From assembly GCF_002310835.1 (NCBI RefSeq), contig NZ_CP011042.1:660001-692000 (forward strand): a stretch of 32,000 nucleotides of DNA, read 5' to 3'. The notes under the pieces are model-generated. The model saw only the letters and a program-made list of their open reading frames with translations, was not told the DNA's origin and searched no databases. Positions 9,357 to 18,190 of this stretch are shown piece after piece. The stretch comes from Pseudoalteromonas tetraodonis. GTDB lineage: Bacteria > Pseudomonadota > Gammaproteobacteria > Enterobacterales > Alteromonadaceae. The position numbers were made by a program, and so were the translations under genes. Numbering within the stretch: position 1 is the first letter of the stretch; each line of letters starts with the position of its first letter.

Positions 9357-11174
9357 ATGAAAGTTATTAAAATAGCACTGGTTGCCAGTAGCGTTATGTT
9401 TGCCTTAAGTGGTTGTATGAGCACCAGCTCACAATTAAACACAAATCAGCCGGTCGCGCCTGTAATAAGCGAATTATCAGCACAGCAACAGTTGGATGTG
9501 CTCGTTGCACAGTACTACGATGAGTCATTAACCTTTAATCCCTTAAGCGCCACTTATAACGGTCGCCATGAATTCGATGATCAATTCTTGCCGGTGATAT
9601 CGCAGGCTAATCGTGATAAAAAAACTGCTTTTTATAAAAAATATCAACAACGTTTAACGCTAATCGATGAATCACAATTAACAGGGCAGGCGCTACTTAA
9701 CTTTGAAGTATTATCGCGAGATTTAGCCCTGAAGCTTGAGGGCATGCAATATAAAGATTATTTGTTACCGATTAACCAAATGTCGGGAGCACATAATACC
9801 TTTGCTGGATTTGGTTCAGGGCAAAGTGCACAGCCCTTTAATACTGTTGCCGACTATGAGCAATTTATTAAACGTGCTGATGGTTTTGTGAAATGGTTAG
9901 CCAGTGTTGAACAATCAATGGCGCAAGGTGTTAAACAAGGCGTGGTATTGCCTATGCCATTGGCTAAAAAATTATTGCCTCAGTTTAAAGTGCACGTAGT
10001 AACTAACGCAGAAGATTCATTATTTTATTCACCAATAAAGGCCATGCCCGACTCATTTTCTAATGCACAAAAACAGCAACTCACTGAGCAGTATAAAACG
10101 CTTATTTTAGATAAATTAGTCCCCGCTTATCAGCGTATGAGTGAGTTTTTACTCAACGACTATATTCCTCATGCTCGCGATTCTGTTGGTTATGCTGATT
10201 TACCTAATGGTAAAGCGTGGTACGAATATCAAATCAAGAAAAACACCACGTTGAGTTTATCAGCAGATGAAATTCATGACATTGGCTTACGTGAAGTGGC
10301 TCGAATTTTAAGTGAAATGAAAACGGTTAAAAACACCGTGGGATTTGAAGGTGATTTAGCATCGTTTTTTGATCATTTACGTGACTCAGATGAGTTTTAT
10401 TATAAAACAGCCGATGAGTTAATTGCCGCCTATGAAGATATTAAACTAAAAATAGATGCGCGCTTACCGCGATTATTTAATATTGAGCCTAAAGCCCCTT
10501 ACATTGTTAAAGCAGTAGAAGCGTATCGTGCGCAATCGGCAGCGGGGGCATCTTATGCAGGGCCTGCACCAGATGGTTCTCGTCCGGGTATCTTTTACAT
10601 TAATGCTTACAACTTAAAAGCGCAGCCTAAATTTTTACTTGAAACGCTGTCTATTCATGAAGCAGCACCAGGTCATCACTTTCAAATTGCACTGCAACAA
10701 GAAGTGGAAAGCCTGCCCGATTTTCGTAAATTTGGCGGCTACACGGTGTTTGCTGAGGGCTGGGCATTATACGCAGAGAGTCTTGGCAAAGAGCTTGGCT
10801 TATTTACCGACCCGTATATGTGGTATGGGCGTCTTAACGATGAGCAGCTAAGAGCTATGCGTTTAGTGCTTGATACAGGCTTTCATGCCAAAGGGTGGAC
10901 ACGTCAACAAGGCATTGACTACATGTTAGCAAACTCTTCAATGGCAAAAAGCGATGTTATTGCTGAGGTTGAGCGTTATATTGCATGGCCTGGGCAAGCA
11001 TTATCGTACAAATTGGGTGAGTTTAAAATTAAAGAGCTCAGAGATTACGCCCACCAGCAGTTAGGTGAGCAATTTGATATTAAAGCCTTTCATACGCAAA
11101 TATTAATAGATGGCGCATTGCCTATGCCTATCTTAGAGCAAAAAATTAAACGTTGGGTTAAATCTCAGCAGTAA
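9357..11174 (+). CDS. DUF885-family lipoprotein (putative metallopeptidase fold)
   Basis: 605 aa with lipobox ALSGC. It carries the characteristic DUF885 motifs FYINAYN, HEAAPGHHFQ and WPGQALSYKLG. AAGGA lies upstream of the ATG. Confidence 0.8.
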   Translation: MKVIKIALVASSVMFALSGCMSTSSQLNTNQPVAPVISELSAQQQLDVLVAQYYDESLTFNPLSATYNGRHEFDDQFLPVISQANRDKKTAFYKKYQQRLTLIDESQLTGQALLNFEVLSRDLALKLEGMQYKDYLLPINQMSGAHNTFAGFGSGQSAQPFNTVADYEQFIKRADGFVKWLASVEQSMAQGVKQGVVLPMPLAKKLLPQFKVHVVTNAEDSLFYSPIKAMPDSFSNAQKQQLTEQYKTLILDKLVPAYQRMSEFLLNDYIPHARDSVGYADLPNGKAWYEYQIKKNTTLSLSADEIHDIGLREVARILSEMKTVKNTVGFEGDLASFFDHLRDSDEFYYKTADELIAAYEDIKLKIDARLPRLFNIEPKAPYIVKAVEAYRAQSAAGASYAGPAPDGSRPGIFYINAYNLKAQPKFLLETLSIHEAAPGHHFQIALQQEVESLPDFRKFGGYTVFAEGWALYAESLGKELGLFTDPYMWYGRLNDEQLRAMRLVLDTGFHAKGWTRQQGIDYMLANSSMAKSDVIAEVERYIAWPGQALSYKLGEFKIKELRDYAHQQLGEQFDIKAFHTQILIDGALPMPILEQKIKRWVKSQQ

Positions 11175-11270
11175 CATAATCGCGCAAAGTCATTATTTGA
11201 ACAGGGATTGGCTTTGCGCGCTTTGCTGCAATACGTTAGAATGCGCGCTCTTAAAAGGCGCGAGAACACC

Positions 11271-11783
11271 ATGTTTGATCAACAATTAGCAAAAACCCAA
11301 TTTTGGCTTAGCAAAAGTCTCAATGAAATGAACCAGCAAGAATGGGAAGCCATTTGTGACGGATGCGGAAAGTGTTGTTTAAACACCTTTATTGACAGCG
11401 AAGACGAAGATGACTTTACCGCCACCGATCAGCTAAGAGAAGGTGAGCAACTTATATTTACCAATATTGTTTGCCAATACCTTGATAACACAACCTGTGG
11501 TTGTAGTGAATACGAAACCCGCCAAACCTTAGTGCCTTCTTGCGTTAAGCTTACCAAAGAAAACCTCAAAGACATTTTCTTTATGCCGCAAAGCTGCAGC
11601 TATCGCCGACTTCACGAAGGACGTGGATTAGCAACGTGGCATCCGTTACTTAATAACGGCGATAAAACTAAAATGCACGAGCTAAACATTTCTGTTAAAG
11701 ATAAAACCGTAAAAGACTGTGACGTAAAGCTAGAAGATTTTGATTTGTATATAGCCGAGTGGCCAACCAAGGATTGCAATTAA
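11271..11783 (+). CDS. ycgN: YcgN (UPF0260) cysteine-cluster protein
   Basis: FWLSKSLNEMNQQEWEAICDGCGKCCL..FTNIVCQYLDNTTCGCSEYETR..CVKLT..CSYRRLHEGRGLATWHPLL is colinear with E. coli YcgN. ATG at 11271 fits the E. coli N-terminus. The ORF-track start at 11208 adds 21 non-homologous residues. Confidence 0.82.
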   Translation: MFDQQLAKTQFWLSKSLNEMNQQEWEAICDGCGKCCLNTFIDSEDEDDFTATDQLREGEQLIFTNIVCQYLDNTTCGCSEYETRQTLVPSCVKLTKENLKDIFFMPQSCSYRRLHEGRGLATWHPLLNNGDKTKMHELNISVKDKTVKDCDVKLEDFDLYIAEWPTKDCN

Positions 11784-12298
11784 TGAGTAAATTACAAGCA
11801 AGTATTGGCTTAATTAATCCTAAAAGCCCGACCAACGTGGGGGGCGTATTACGCGCCGCAGGTTGTTATGACGCACAGCAGGTTTTTTTTACTGGCAACC
11901 GTTATTTAAACGCACAGAAATTTCATACCGATACTAAAAATGTAGTGCAACGTATTCCATTAACCGCTACCGATAATTTAGCATCAAGTAAACCACAAGG
12001 CGCTAAAGTGGTGGTGATAGAGCTAATAGAAGGGGCCACTCCCTTGCCTGAGTTTACCCACCCTGAGAACGCATTTTATGTGTTCGGCCCAGAGGATGGT
12101 TCAGTGCCAAAAGACGTTTTAAAATGGTGCGATGAAGTTGTTTATATTCCAACCATAGGGTGTATGAATTTAGCAGCAACCTGTAATGTTGTTCTTTATG
12201 ACCGGCTCGCCAAGCTTGGCGGTATTCAAAGTAGTGATGAAACCATTATCACTTCACGCGATACCAATAATAAAATGAAATGGCAAAAACAACCTTAA
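11783..12298 (+). CDS. SpoU/TrmH-family RNA 2'-O-methyltransferase
   Basis: Motifs are NPKSPTNVGGVLRAAG (motif 1), FVFGPEDGSVP (motif 2) and IPTIGCMNLAATCNVVLYD (motif 3, the trefoil-knot region). ATG at 11783 overlaps the ycgN stop as TAATG. Confidence 0.78.
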   Translation: MSKLQASIGLINPKSPTNVGGVLRAAGCYDAQQVFFTGNRYLNAQKFHTDTKNVVQRIPLTATDNLASSKPQGAKVVVIELIEGATPLPEFTHPENAFYVFGPEDGSVPKDVLKWCDEVVYIPTIGCMNLAATCNVVLYDRLAKLGGIQSSDETIITSRDTNNKMKWQKQP

Positions 12299-12449
12299 AT
12301 ATATTAGCTTTTTAAGGTTTATCCCTTGCTAAATGTAAAATAAAGTAACTAGTTAACTTAAAAAATAAGCAATTCGTCTTTTTTAAACACTATAAATGTA
12401 AAACTATGTAATTATATTAAAAAATTATAATTATAAGAGCTTATTATTT

Positions 12450-14138
12450 ATGTTGTTCTTGCACCATGTGATTAGGTGTTACTTGGTTGTTACATTGATA
12501 TATATACTCAGTGCCTGCACCAGCAAACCTGCAAAATTAGATCCCCTCGTTGCTAATACTGGTCAACCATTATCTAGCGTGGCTCAATCAACCGATGTTA
12601 TTTTCTATGATCTTAAGTTAGCCGTTTTTCCAGAAGAAAAGCAGATAGCCGGCACAGGGAAAACAGTATTTCGGGTCGTTAAAGAAACTCAGCAAATTGA
12701 ACTAAAACTCGATAGTCGCTTTAGTATAAACACAGTAACAGTGGCTGATAAGAAAGCCGAATTTCTCCATTCTCATGGTGTGATCACGATTAACTTATAT
12801 GAAAAAAAGTACCCTGGAGAAGTGGTTGAAGTTGCCATTAACTATTCAGGCAAGCCACATATTGCGCTTAACCCTCCATGGAGTGGTGGTTTTGTATTTA
12901 GTGAAACAAACGATGGTAAACCTTGGATAGCAACAGCGGTGCAAGGTGAGGGCTGTGATTTATTTTGGCCTTGTAAAGATCACTTTAGTGACAAAGCCGA
13001 TAGTATGCGTATACGGGTAACGGTACCCACTGGATTGTATGTTGCCAGTAACGGGGTACTAAAAAATATAACTGTATTACAAAACAAGACTACCGAGTTT
13101 GATTGGTTTTTATCTGAGCCTGCGAGTGATTACAACATTGCGCTGAATATTGGCCCATTTGAGCGTGTTCAACAGCAATATACCAGTATAAATGGTACTG
13201 ACATTCCTGTGGAATTTTGGGTGTTACCTGAAAATAGGCAAAAAGCCAGTAATTTGCTCACCAACGATGTTTATCAACAAATGGCATTTTTTGAATCTGT
13301 GTTAGGTCCATATCCATGGGGGCAACAAAAACTTGGCTTTGTAGAAACGCCTCATTTAGGCATGGAACATCAAACGATAAATGCTTATGGCAAAGGGTAC
13401 ACTCGCGACCCTAGTGGTTATGATTGGCTTATTCAGCATGAATTAGCGCATGAGTGGTTTGGTAATTTAATGACACACGAGCAATTGAATGATGCGTGGT
13501 TACATGAAGGTTTTGGCTTTTACATGCAACCGTCTTACAGTTTATATACCTTTGGTGAGGCCGCTTATAACCATGCAATGTATAAAGCCTATTTAGGGAT
13601 AAAAAACTGCCAACCTATTGTTAAAGAGGGTGAGTTAAGCTCAAAAGAAGCTTTTAACTCAGATATTTATGGTAAAGGAGGCTGGACATTACACACTTTG
13701 CGTTGGTTAATTGGTGATGAGTTATTTTGGCAAGCAACACGCGAGTTAATCTACGGGAGTAGCGACACGCAAAGTCTCAGTTACCCAATTCAATCGCGAT
13801 ATCGCAACACGCAACAGTTTATTGATATTGTTAATCGCATTACAAAAAAAGACTATAACTGGCTATTTGATGTGTATTTAAAACAAGCTGCATTGCCAAC
13901 ACTAACCATGAAACGTCAAAATAACGTGGCCAATTTATATTGGAGCAAAAGTGAAAAAGATGCGACGCCTTTTAAAATGCCAGTACCCATTTCAATTAAT
14001 GGCCAGCTTCAAGTTTATACACCAATTGAAGGAGTCATTACCATTAAAGCTAAACCTGTTGATCATATTATTGTAGATCCACAGATGAAGGTACTTCGGC
14101 AATTACCGATCACAAGCCAGTGCCAACAAGATGAATAA
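12450..14138 (+). CDS. M1-family zinc metallopeptidase lipoprotein
   Basis: Lipobox ILSAC. It has the exopeptidase-like motif LGMEHQ (GxMEN variant) and the zincin motif HELAHEWFGN with a downstream WLHEGF glutamate, giving HExxH-X18-E. Confidence 0.85.
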   Translation: MLFLHHVIRCYLVVTLIYILSACTSKPAKLDPLVANTGQPLSSVAQSTDVIFYDLKLAVFPEEKQIAGTGKTVFRVVKETQQIELKLDSRFSINTVTVADKKAEFLHSHGVITINLYEKKYPGEVVEVAINYSGKPHIALNPPWSGGFVFSETNDGKPWIATAVQGEGCDLFWPCKDHFSDKADSMRIRVTVPTGLYVASNGVLKNITVLQNKTTEFDWFLSEPASDYNIALNIGPFERVQQQYTSINGTDIPVEFWVLPENRQKASNLLTNDVYQQMAFFESVLGPYPWGQQKLGFVETPHLGMEHQTINAYGKGYTRDPSGYDWLIQHELAHEWFGNLMTHEQLNDAWLHEGFGFYMQPSYSLYTFGEAAYNHAMYKAYLGIKNCQPIVKEGELSSKEAFNSDIYGKGGWTLHTLRWLIGDELFWQATRELIYGSSDTQSLSYPIQSRYRNTQQFIDIVNRITKKDYNWLFDVYLKQAALPTLTMKRQNNVANLYWSKSEKDATPFKMPVPISINGQLQVYTPIEGVITIKAKPVDHIIVDPQMKVLRQLPITSQCQQDE

Positions 14139-14153
14139 TTTAGATAAAGCGTT

Positions 14154-14188
14154 ACTATGGGGATAAAATTTATCCCCATAGTGCTTTT
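14154..14188 (+). terminator. Terminator of the M1 peptidase gene
   Basis: ACTATGGGGAT-aaaattt-ATCCCCATAGT is an 11-bp stem followed by GCTTTT. Confidence 0.7.
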
Positions 14189-14375
14189 AAACACTTATTT
14201 ATCTAGCTCTGCTAGTCTAAAAATTAAACGCACTGTGGCAAAGTCATCCTTGAAAGAACTAGTTATTTATTATTATTTTTGTTCTTTAATTTCATTGAAA
14301 TCATATTTGCTAAGACATTCAGTTAAAAATTTGTTAAAAAGACACTGATAATAATGATTAATACTTAAGGTACTT

Positions 14376-16265
14376 ATGTTTAGCTCGCTTAAATTCACCT
14401 CCAAAATCACCATTGCTGCATCATTAGTGTTAGTTTTAGTGCTAGGTGTTTTCACCATAAATAATTATTTTTCAATGCGGCATCAAACTCAAGAGCAGTT
14501 ATCGCTAGTACTAGAGCAAAACTCTGAGTCTGTCTCTAAAAATATTGCAAGCTGGCTAAATAATAAATTAGCGATTGTGATCTCTATCGCAAAAACATAC
14601 CAAGATGACGATGCCAAGTCTTTAACGCTTTCGCAATTAAATACCGCTGAGCTTGCAGGGGATTTTAAAAATACCTACATAGGTAAATCATCGGGTACAT
14701 TTATTCTAAATGATCAAAGTGTTGTACTCCCCAGCGATTTTGATGCGACAAGTCGCCCTTGGTATAAATTAGTAGAAAATAAAACAACAACGGCTTTTAC
14801 AACGCCTTATATCGATGTAACGACCAACGAACTGACAATTTCAGCCGTTGCCCCTATTAATAGTAATGGTCAATTTAAAGGGGTAGCGGGGGCAGATATT
14901 GATATGCAAACCATCGCTGAAATTATTGGAGATATTGATTTTTTAGGACTCGGTTATGGTTTTTTGCTTGATAATAAAGGGCAAATATTGAGTCACCCTG
15001 ATAGCAAATTAAATTCAAAAACAGTCGCTGACTTAATTGGTAAAAATGCACCGTTAGCAAGAGAATTCACCGAGCATCAAGTAGCAGGTGAAACCTCGCT
15101 GGTATCCTTTACTAAAATTCGTGGTATTGAAAACGTTGATTGGTATCTAGGTGTAGTAGTCAATAAAGATAAAGCGTATTCAAGTGTTTCTTCGTTTGGG
15201 CAAAAGGCAATTGTATTTTTAATTATTGGTATTTTAGTGATTGTTGCGTCACTGGAATTTTTACTGCGTTATTTGATGCGCCCTATGTATCGTCTCAATG
15301 ATGCCATTAGAGATATAGCGCAGGGTGAAGGCGATTTAACCTGTCGGTTAAGCGTTGAAAACGATGACGAATTTGGTCAATTGAGCAATTCGTTTAATAT
15401 TTTTATAGAAAAAATCCAAAATTCAATAATTCAGGTTAAATCTTCAACGCAGTTACTGGAAACGGCAGTTGCTAAATTGGTTACGCAGACAGACTCAACA
15501 TTAACTATGTATGATGACCAAAGTGAGCGCACCAACAGTGTGGCGTCGGCAATTAATCAGTTTTCAGCTACCTCAACAGAAATTTCAACCAGCGCCAGTA
15601 ATGCCTCGACGCTTGCCAAAGATGCAGATCAATACTGTGCTAAGAATCAACAGACCCTCACAAACAACGTTTCAAGTATTCATCAACTGTCACAAAATAT
15701 AGAGCAAGCGCAAGAAACCATAAATAGTTTAGACTCGCATACCGCTAATATAGGAAATGTATTGGCAGTAATAAAAGGGGTGAGTGAGCAAACCAATTTG
15801 CTGGCTTTAAATGCGGCGATAGAAGCGGCTCGTGCTGGTGAAGCGGGAAGAGGATTTGCGGTTGTTGCCGATGAAGTAAGGCAACTTGCACAGCGTACTC
15901 AGCAATCAACTCAAGAAATAGAAAACACCGTCATTGAATTACAAAAAGGTTCAAGCTCTGCCGTTGAACTTATGAAAACCAGTTTAGAAGAAAGTGAAAA
16001 AAGTGTTCAGCAAGCGGATGCAGTTGGCGATGTAATGAAACAAATAATTAGTGCGATTAAGCAAATAACCGACGCCAATCATAGTGTCGCTAATGCTACG
16101 GATGAGCAAAACCAAGTGGTTAAGTCATTACATAGCGATATTCACGTTATCAGCGACTTATCGATTCAAGGCCAATCAAACCTAAATCTTACTTTGGAAG
16201 AGTGTACCAAACTTAAGCATCAATTTAGTGACTTAGAGCGCATGGTTAAAAAATTCAAAGTATGA
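14376..16265 (+). CDS. Methyl-accepting chemotaxis protein with periplasmic Cache-type sensor and HAMP
   Basis: TM1 ([18 protein letters not shown]) is followed by a periplasmic region of about 250 aa with the Cache-like signature [28 protein letters not shown]2 and HAMP follow. The signalling hairpin is highly conserved: [38 protein letters not shown]. Confidence 0.92.
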   Translation: MFSSLKFTSKITIAASLVLVLVLGVFTINNYFSMRHQTQEQLSLVLEQNSESVSKNIASWLNNKLAIVISIAKTYQDDDAKSLTLSQLNTAELAGDFKNTYIGKSSGTFILNDQSVVLPSDFDATSRPWYKLVENKTTTAFTTPYIDVTTNELTISAVAPINSNGQFKGVAGADIDMQTIAEIIGDIDFLGLGYGFLLDNKGQILSHPDSKLNSKTVADLIGKNAPLAREFTEHQVAGETSLVSFTKIRGIENVDWYLGVVVNKDKAYSSVSSFGQKAIVFLIIGILVIVASLEFLLRYLMRPMYRLNDAIRDIAQGEGDLTCRLSVENDDEFGQLSNSFNIFIEKIQNSIIQVKSSTQLLETAVAKLVTQTDSTLTMYDDQSERTNSVASAINQFSATSTEISTSASNASTLAKDADQYCAKNQQTLTNNVSSIHQLSQNIEQAQETINSLDSHTANIGNVLAVIKGVSEQTNLLALNAAIEAARAGEAGRGFAVVADEVRQLAQRTQQSTQEIENTVIELQKGSSSAVELMKTSLEESEKSVQQADAVGDVMKQIISAIKQITDANHSVANATDEQNQVVKSLHSDIHVISDLSIQGQSNLNLTLEECTKLKHQFSDLERMVKKFKV

Positions 16266-17368
16266 TCAGTAAAACAAAAATAAATAAGCCAAGCTGGCTC
16301 AATTTAATCAATATTGACAGCGTTTATAGCTTTGATAAACAACGCCAAGTATTTTCGTTATTTACCATGATAGCGATTGCCTTGGTGTTAATTACCTATT
16401 TAGTAATTGCCAATCATCACGTGTATGCACCAATCCTTACTATTGCGTTAATTGTGGTTAACGTAACGATTGTAGGGTGTATTATTTATTTTATGAAAAC
16501 AAAGCAGATTGATGCAATCGCCCTCATCACTTTAGTGATTGTATTTGTGATGTGCTTAGCTTTGGTATACACCGGCGGTAAAGAAAACACTGCTTTATAT
16601 TGGCTAATGTTTTATCCCGTTGCTGTATTTGCCATACTGGGTGTGAAGTTTGGCGCCTGGTTAAGCAGTGCCATGTTATTGAGCTGTATTGTTATGTTGT
16701 ATGGCCCTGATATGGGGCAAGTTATTTATGGCGCGGTAGAAAAGACCCGTTTTGTTGCTGCATTTTCGCTGGTGTTAGTGTTTTCGTTTATCGGTGAGTA
16801 TTTTCGTCACCGCAGTCATTTAGCAATTGCTGATATCACCTTAGAGCAAAAACAGCATGCTCATACCGATCAGCTTACCGGGGCGCCTAATCGTCGCTTT
16901 ATTACCTCACATTTTTTAAAGCTAGCAGCTTCAAGGCCAGAACATTATTTGCCGCTGTCTATTTTACTCATTGATTTAGATAAGTTTAAACAATTAAACG
17001 ACAGCTACGGACATGATTTTGGTGATACGGTTTTAATTGAATTTACTAAGTTATTAGAGTCTCAGTTTCCTGCAACAGCGCTTAAAGCACGTTATGGCGG
17101 CGAAGAGTTTGTGGTTATTTTACCGCAACAAACAACCCTTGAGGCCAGCATTTTGGCCAACCGTTTTAGAGAATGTGTGCAAAACCATGTGATGCTAACC
17201 GACAAACATCAGCGAGTATCATTAACGTGTAGTATGGGTATTGCTCAGGCTAACAGTGTAGATGATTATAATAATGCGTTAAAGCAAGCGGATCAGTATT
17301 TATACAGCGCTAAGGCGCAAGGTAGAAATAAGGTGGTATCTGTACATGATCAACACGCCTCAGAGTAA
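16262..17368 (+). CDS. Membrane-anchored diguanylate cyclase (GGDEF domain)
   Basis: About six predicted TM helices are followed by [26 protein letters not shown] and the active site RYGGEEF. There is no RxxD I-site five residues upstream (the sequence there is TALKA). The start ATG overlaps the MCP stop as ATGA. Confidence 0.9.
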   Translation: MISKTKINKPSWLNLINIDSVYSFDKQRQVFSLFTMIAIALVLITYLVIANHHVYAPILTIALIVVNVTIVGCIIYFMKTKQIDAIALITLVIVFVMCLALVYTGGKENTALYWLMFYPVAVFAILGVKFGAWLSSAMLLSCIVMLYGPDMGQVIYGAVEKTRFVAAFSLVLVFSFIGEYFRHRSHLAIADITLEQKQHAHTDQLTGAPNRRFITSHFLKLAASRPEHYLPLSILLIDLDKFKQLNDSYGHDFGDTVLIEFTKLLESQFPATALKARYGGEEFVVILPQQTTLEASILANRFRECVQNHVMLTDKHQRVSLTCSMGIAQANSVDDYNNALKQADQYLYSAKAQGRNKVVSVHDQHASE

Positions 17369-17966
17369 ATTAATATATGTACACGACCCTATGTGTAGCT
17401 GGTACTGGGGTTATAAACCTACATGGCATGCGCTTGAGGCTGCCTTGGTAAACAAACTTCCCATTGAATACAGAGTGGGTGGTTTAGCTGCAGATACTGA
17501 CTTGCCAATGAGTCAGGATATGCAGTTGCAACTACAAGCCATATGGCAAAAAATTAGCAGCCAGTTAGGCACAGAGTTTAATTTTGATTTTTGGCGAGAC
17601 TGCCAACCTCGCCGTTCTACCTATCCCTCTTGCAGGGCCGCTTTAATTGCTCGCAGCTTCAACAAAGAACCACAGATGATAGCGGCAATACAGCAGGCAT
17701 ATTATTTACAGGCACAAAACCCATCGGATGAAGCGGTTTTAATTAAACTGAGCGAAATAATTGGTTTAGACGCCCGTTTATTTGCACAGTTACTTCACTC
17801 TAATGAGCTTAAGCGTCGCTTTGATGATGAGCTTAATTATGTTCGCAGTTTACCTATTCAAGGTTTTCCGTCGTTAGTATTAATACATAACAATCGCGCT
17901 TACCCTATTGCTATTAACTACACAGATTGGCGACAAACCCTGATTGAAATACAATCTTACTTGTAA
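17346..17966 (+). CDS. DsbA-like thioredoxin-fold protein (COG3531-like), cytoplasmic, with atypical CSWY motif
   Basis: 206 aa with no signal peptide. The N-terminus IYVHDPMCSWYWGYKPTW sits at the position of the thioredoxin-fold CxxC. The C-terminus has GFPSLVL (cis-Pro loop region). The gene overlaps the cyclase gene by 23 nt. Confidence 0.7.
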   Translation: MINTPQSKLIYVHDPMCSWYWGYKPTWHALEAALVNKLPIEYRVGGLAADTDLPMSQDMQLQLQAIWQKISSQLGTEFNFDFWRDCQPRRSTYPSCRAALIARSFNKEPQMIAAIQQAYYLQAQNPSDEAVLIKLSEIIGLDARLFAQLLHSNELKRRFDDELNYVRSLPIQGFPSLVLIHNNRAYPIAINYTDWRQTLIEIQSYL

Positions 17967-18029
17967 ACTTAATCCCACTATTTTCATCCCTGAATTGTAA
18001 AATAGGCCAATAAGGCTAATTTATTACCG

Positions 18030-18069
18030 TTGTCATAAAAGCGACTTTTTTACGCAACACGCTTGTCAT
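18030..18069 (+). promoter_or_regulatory. Paired TTGTCAT motif upstream of the TonB2-type operon
   Basis: TTGTCAT occurs at 18030-18036 and 18063-18069, with starts 33 bp apart. The same heptamer pair with the same spacing occurs at 23439/23472. The function is unknown. Confidence 0.35.
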
Positions 18070-18190
18070 TTTTAATCTATACACTTTCGCTCATTGAAAC
18101 TATCTCGCTTTAAATTGTTTTTTTGTAAACAAGCTAAAGCGATTAATAAACACTAGCAAATCCGCTAATTAACGAGCAAAGGTGTATACG

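Noticed and set aside
11181-11220. Perfect 9-bp inverted repeat CGCGCAAAG...CTTTGCGCG after the DUF885 gene, as a possible terminator.
   Set aside because: It has a 22-nt loop and no U-tract, and it overlaps the spurious N-terminal extension of the ycgN ORF. It may be a weak terminator or a processing stem, but the support is too thin to annotate.
12331-12403. Direct repeat AAATGTAAAA (12331 and 12394) and the palindrome AACTAGTT upstream of the M1 peptidase gene. A similar case is the 6-1-6 palindrome ATTTCAtTGAAAT near 14290.
   Set aside because: These are short, very AT-rich repeats in roughly 80% A+T spacers, which is within chance expectation.
14157-14458. Two small ORFs (14157-14348 on +, 14273-14458 on -) in the AT-rich spacer before the MCP gene.
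   Set aside because: The first starts inside the terminator hairpin, and the second overlaps the MCP start. Both have a Leu/Ile/Lys/Asn composition typical of random AT-rich frames, with no RBS.
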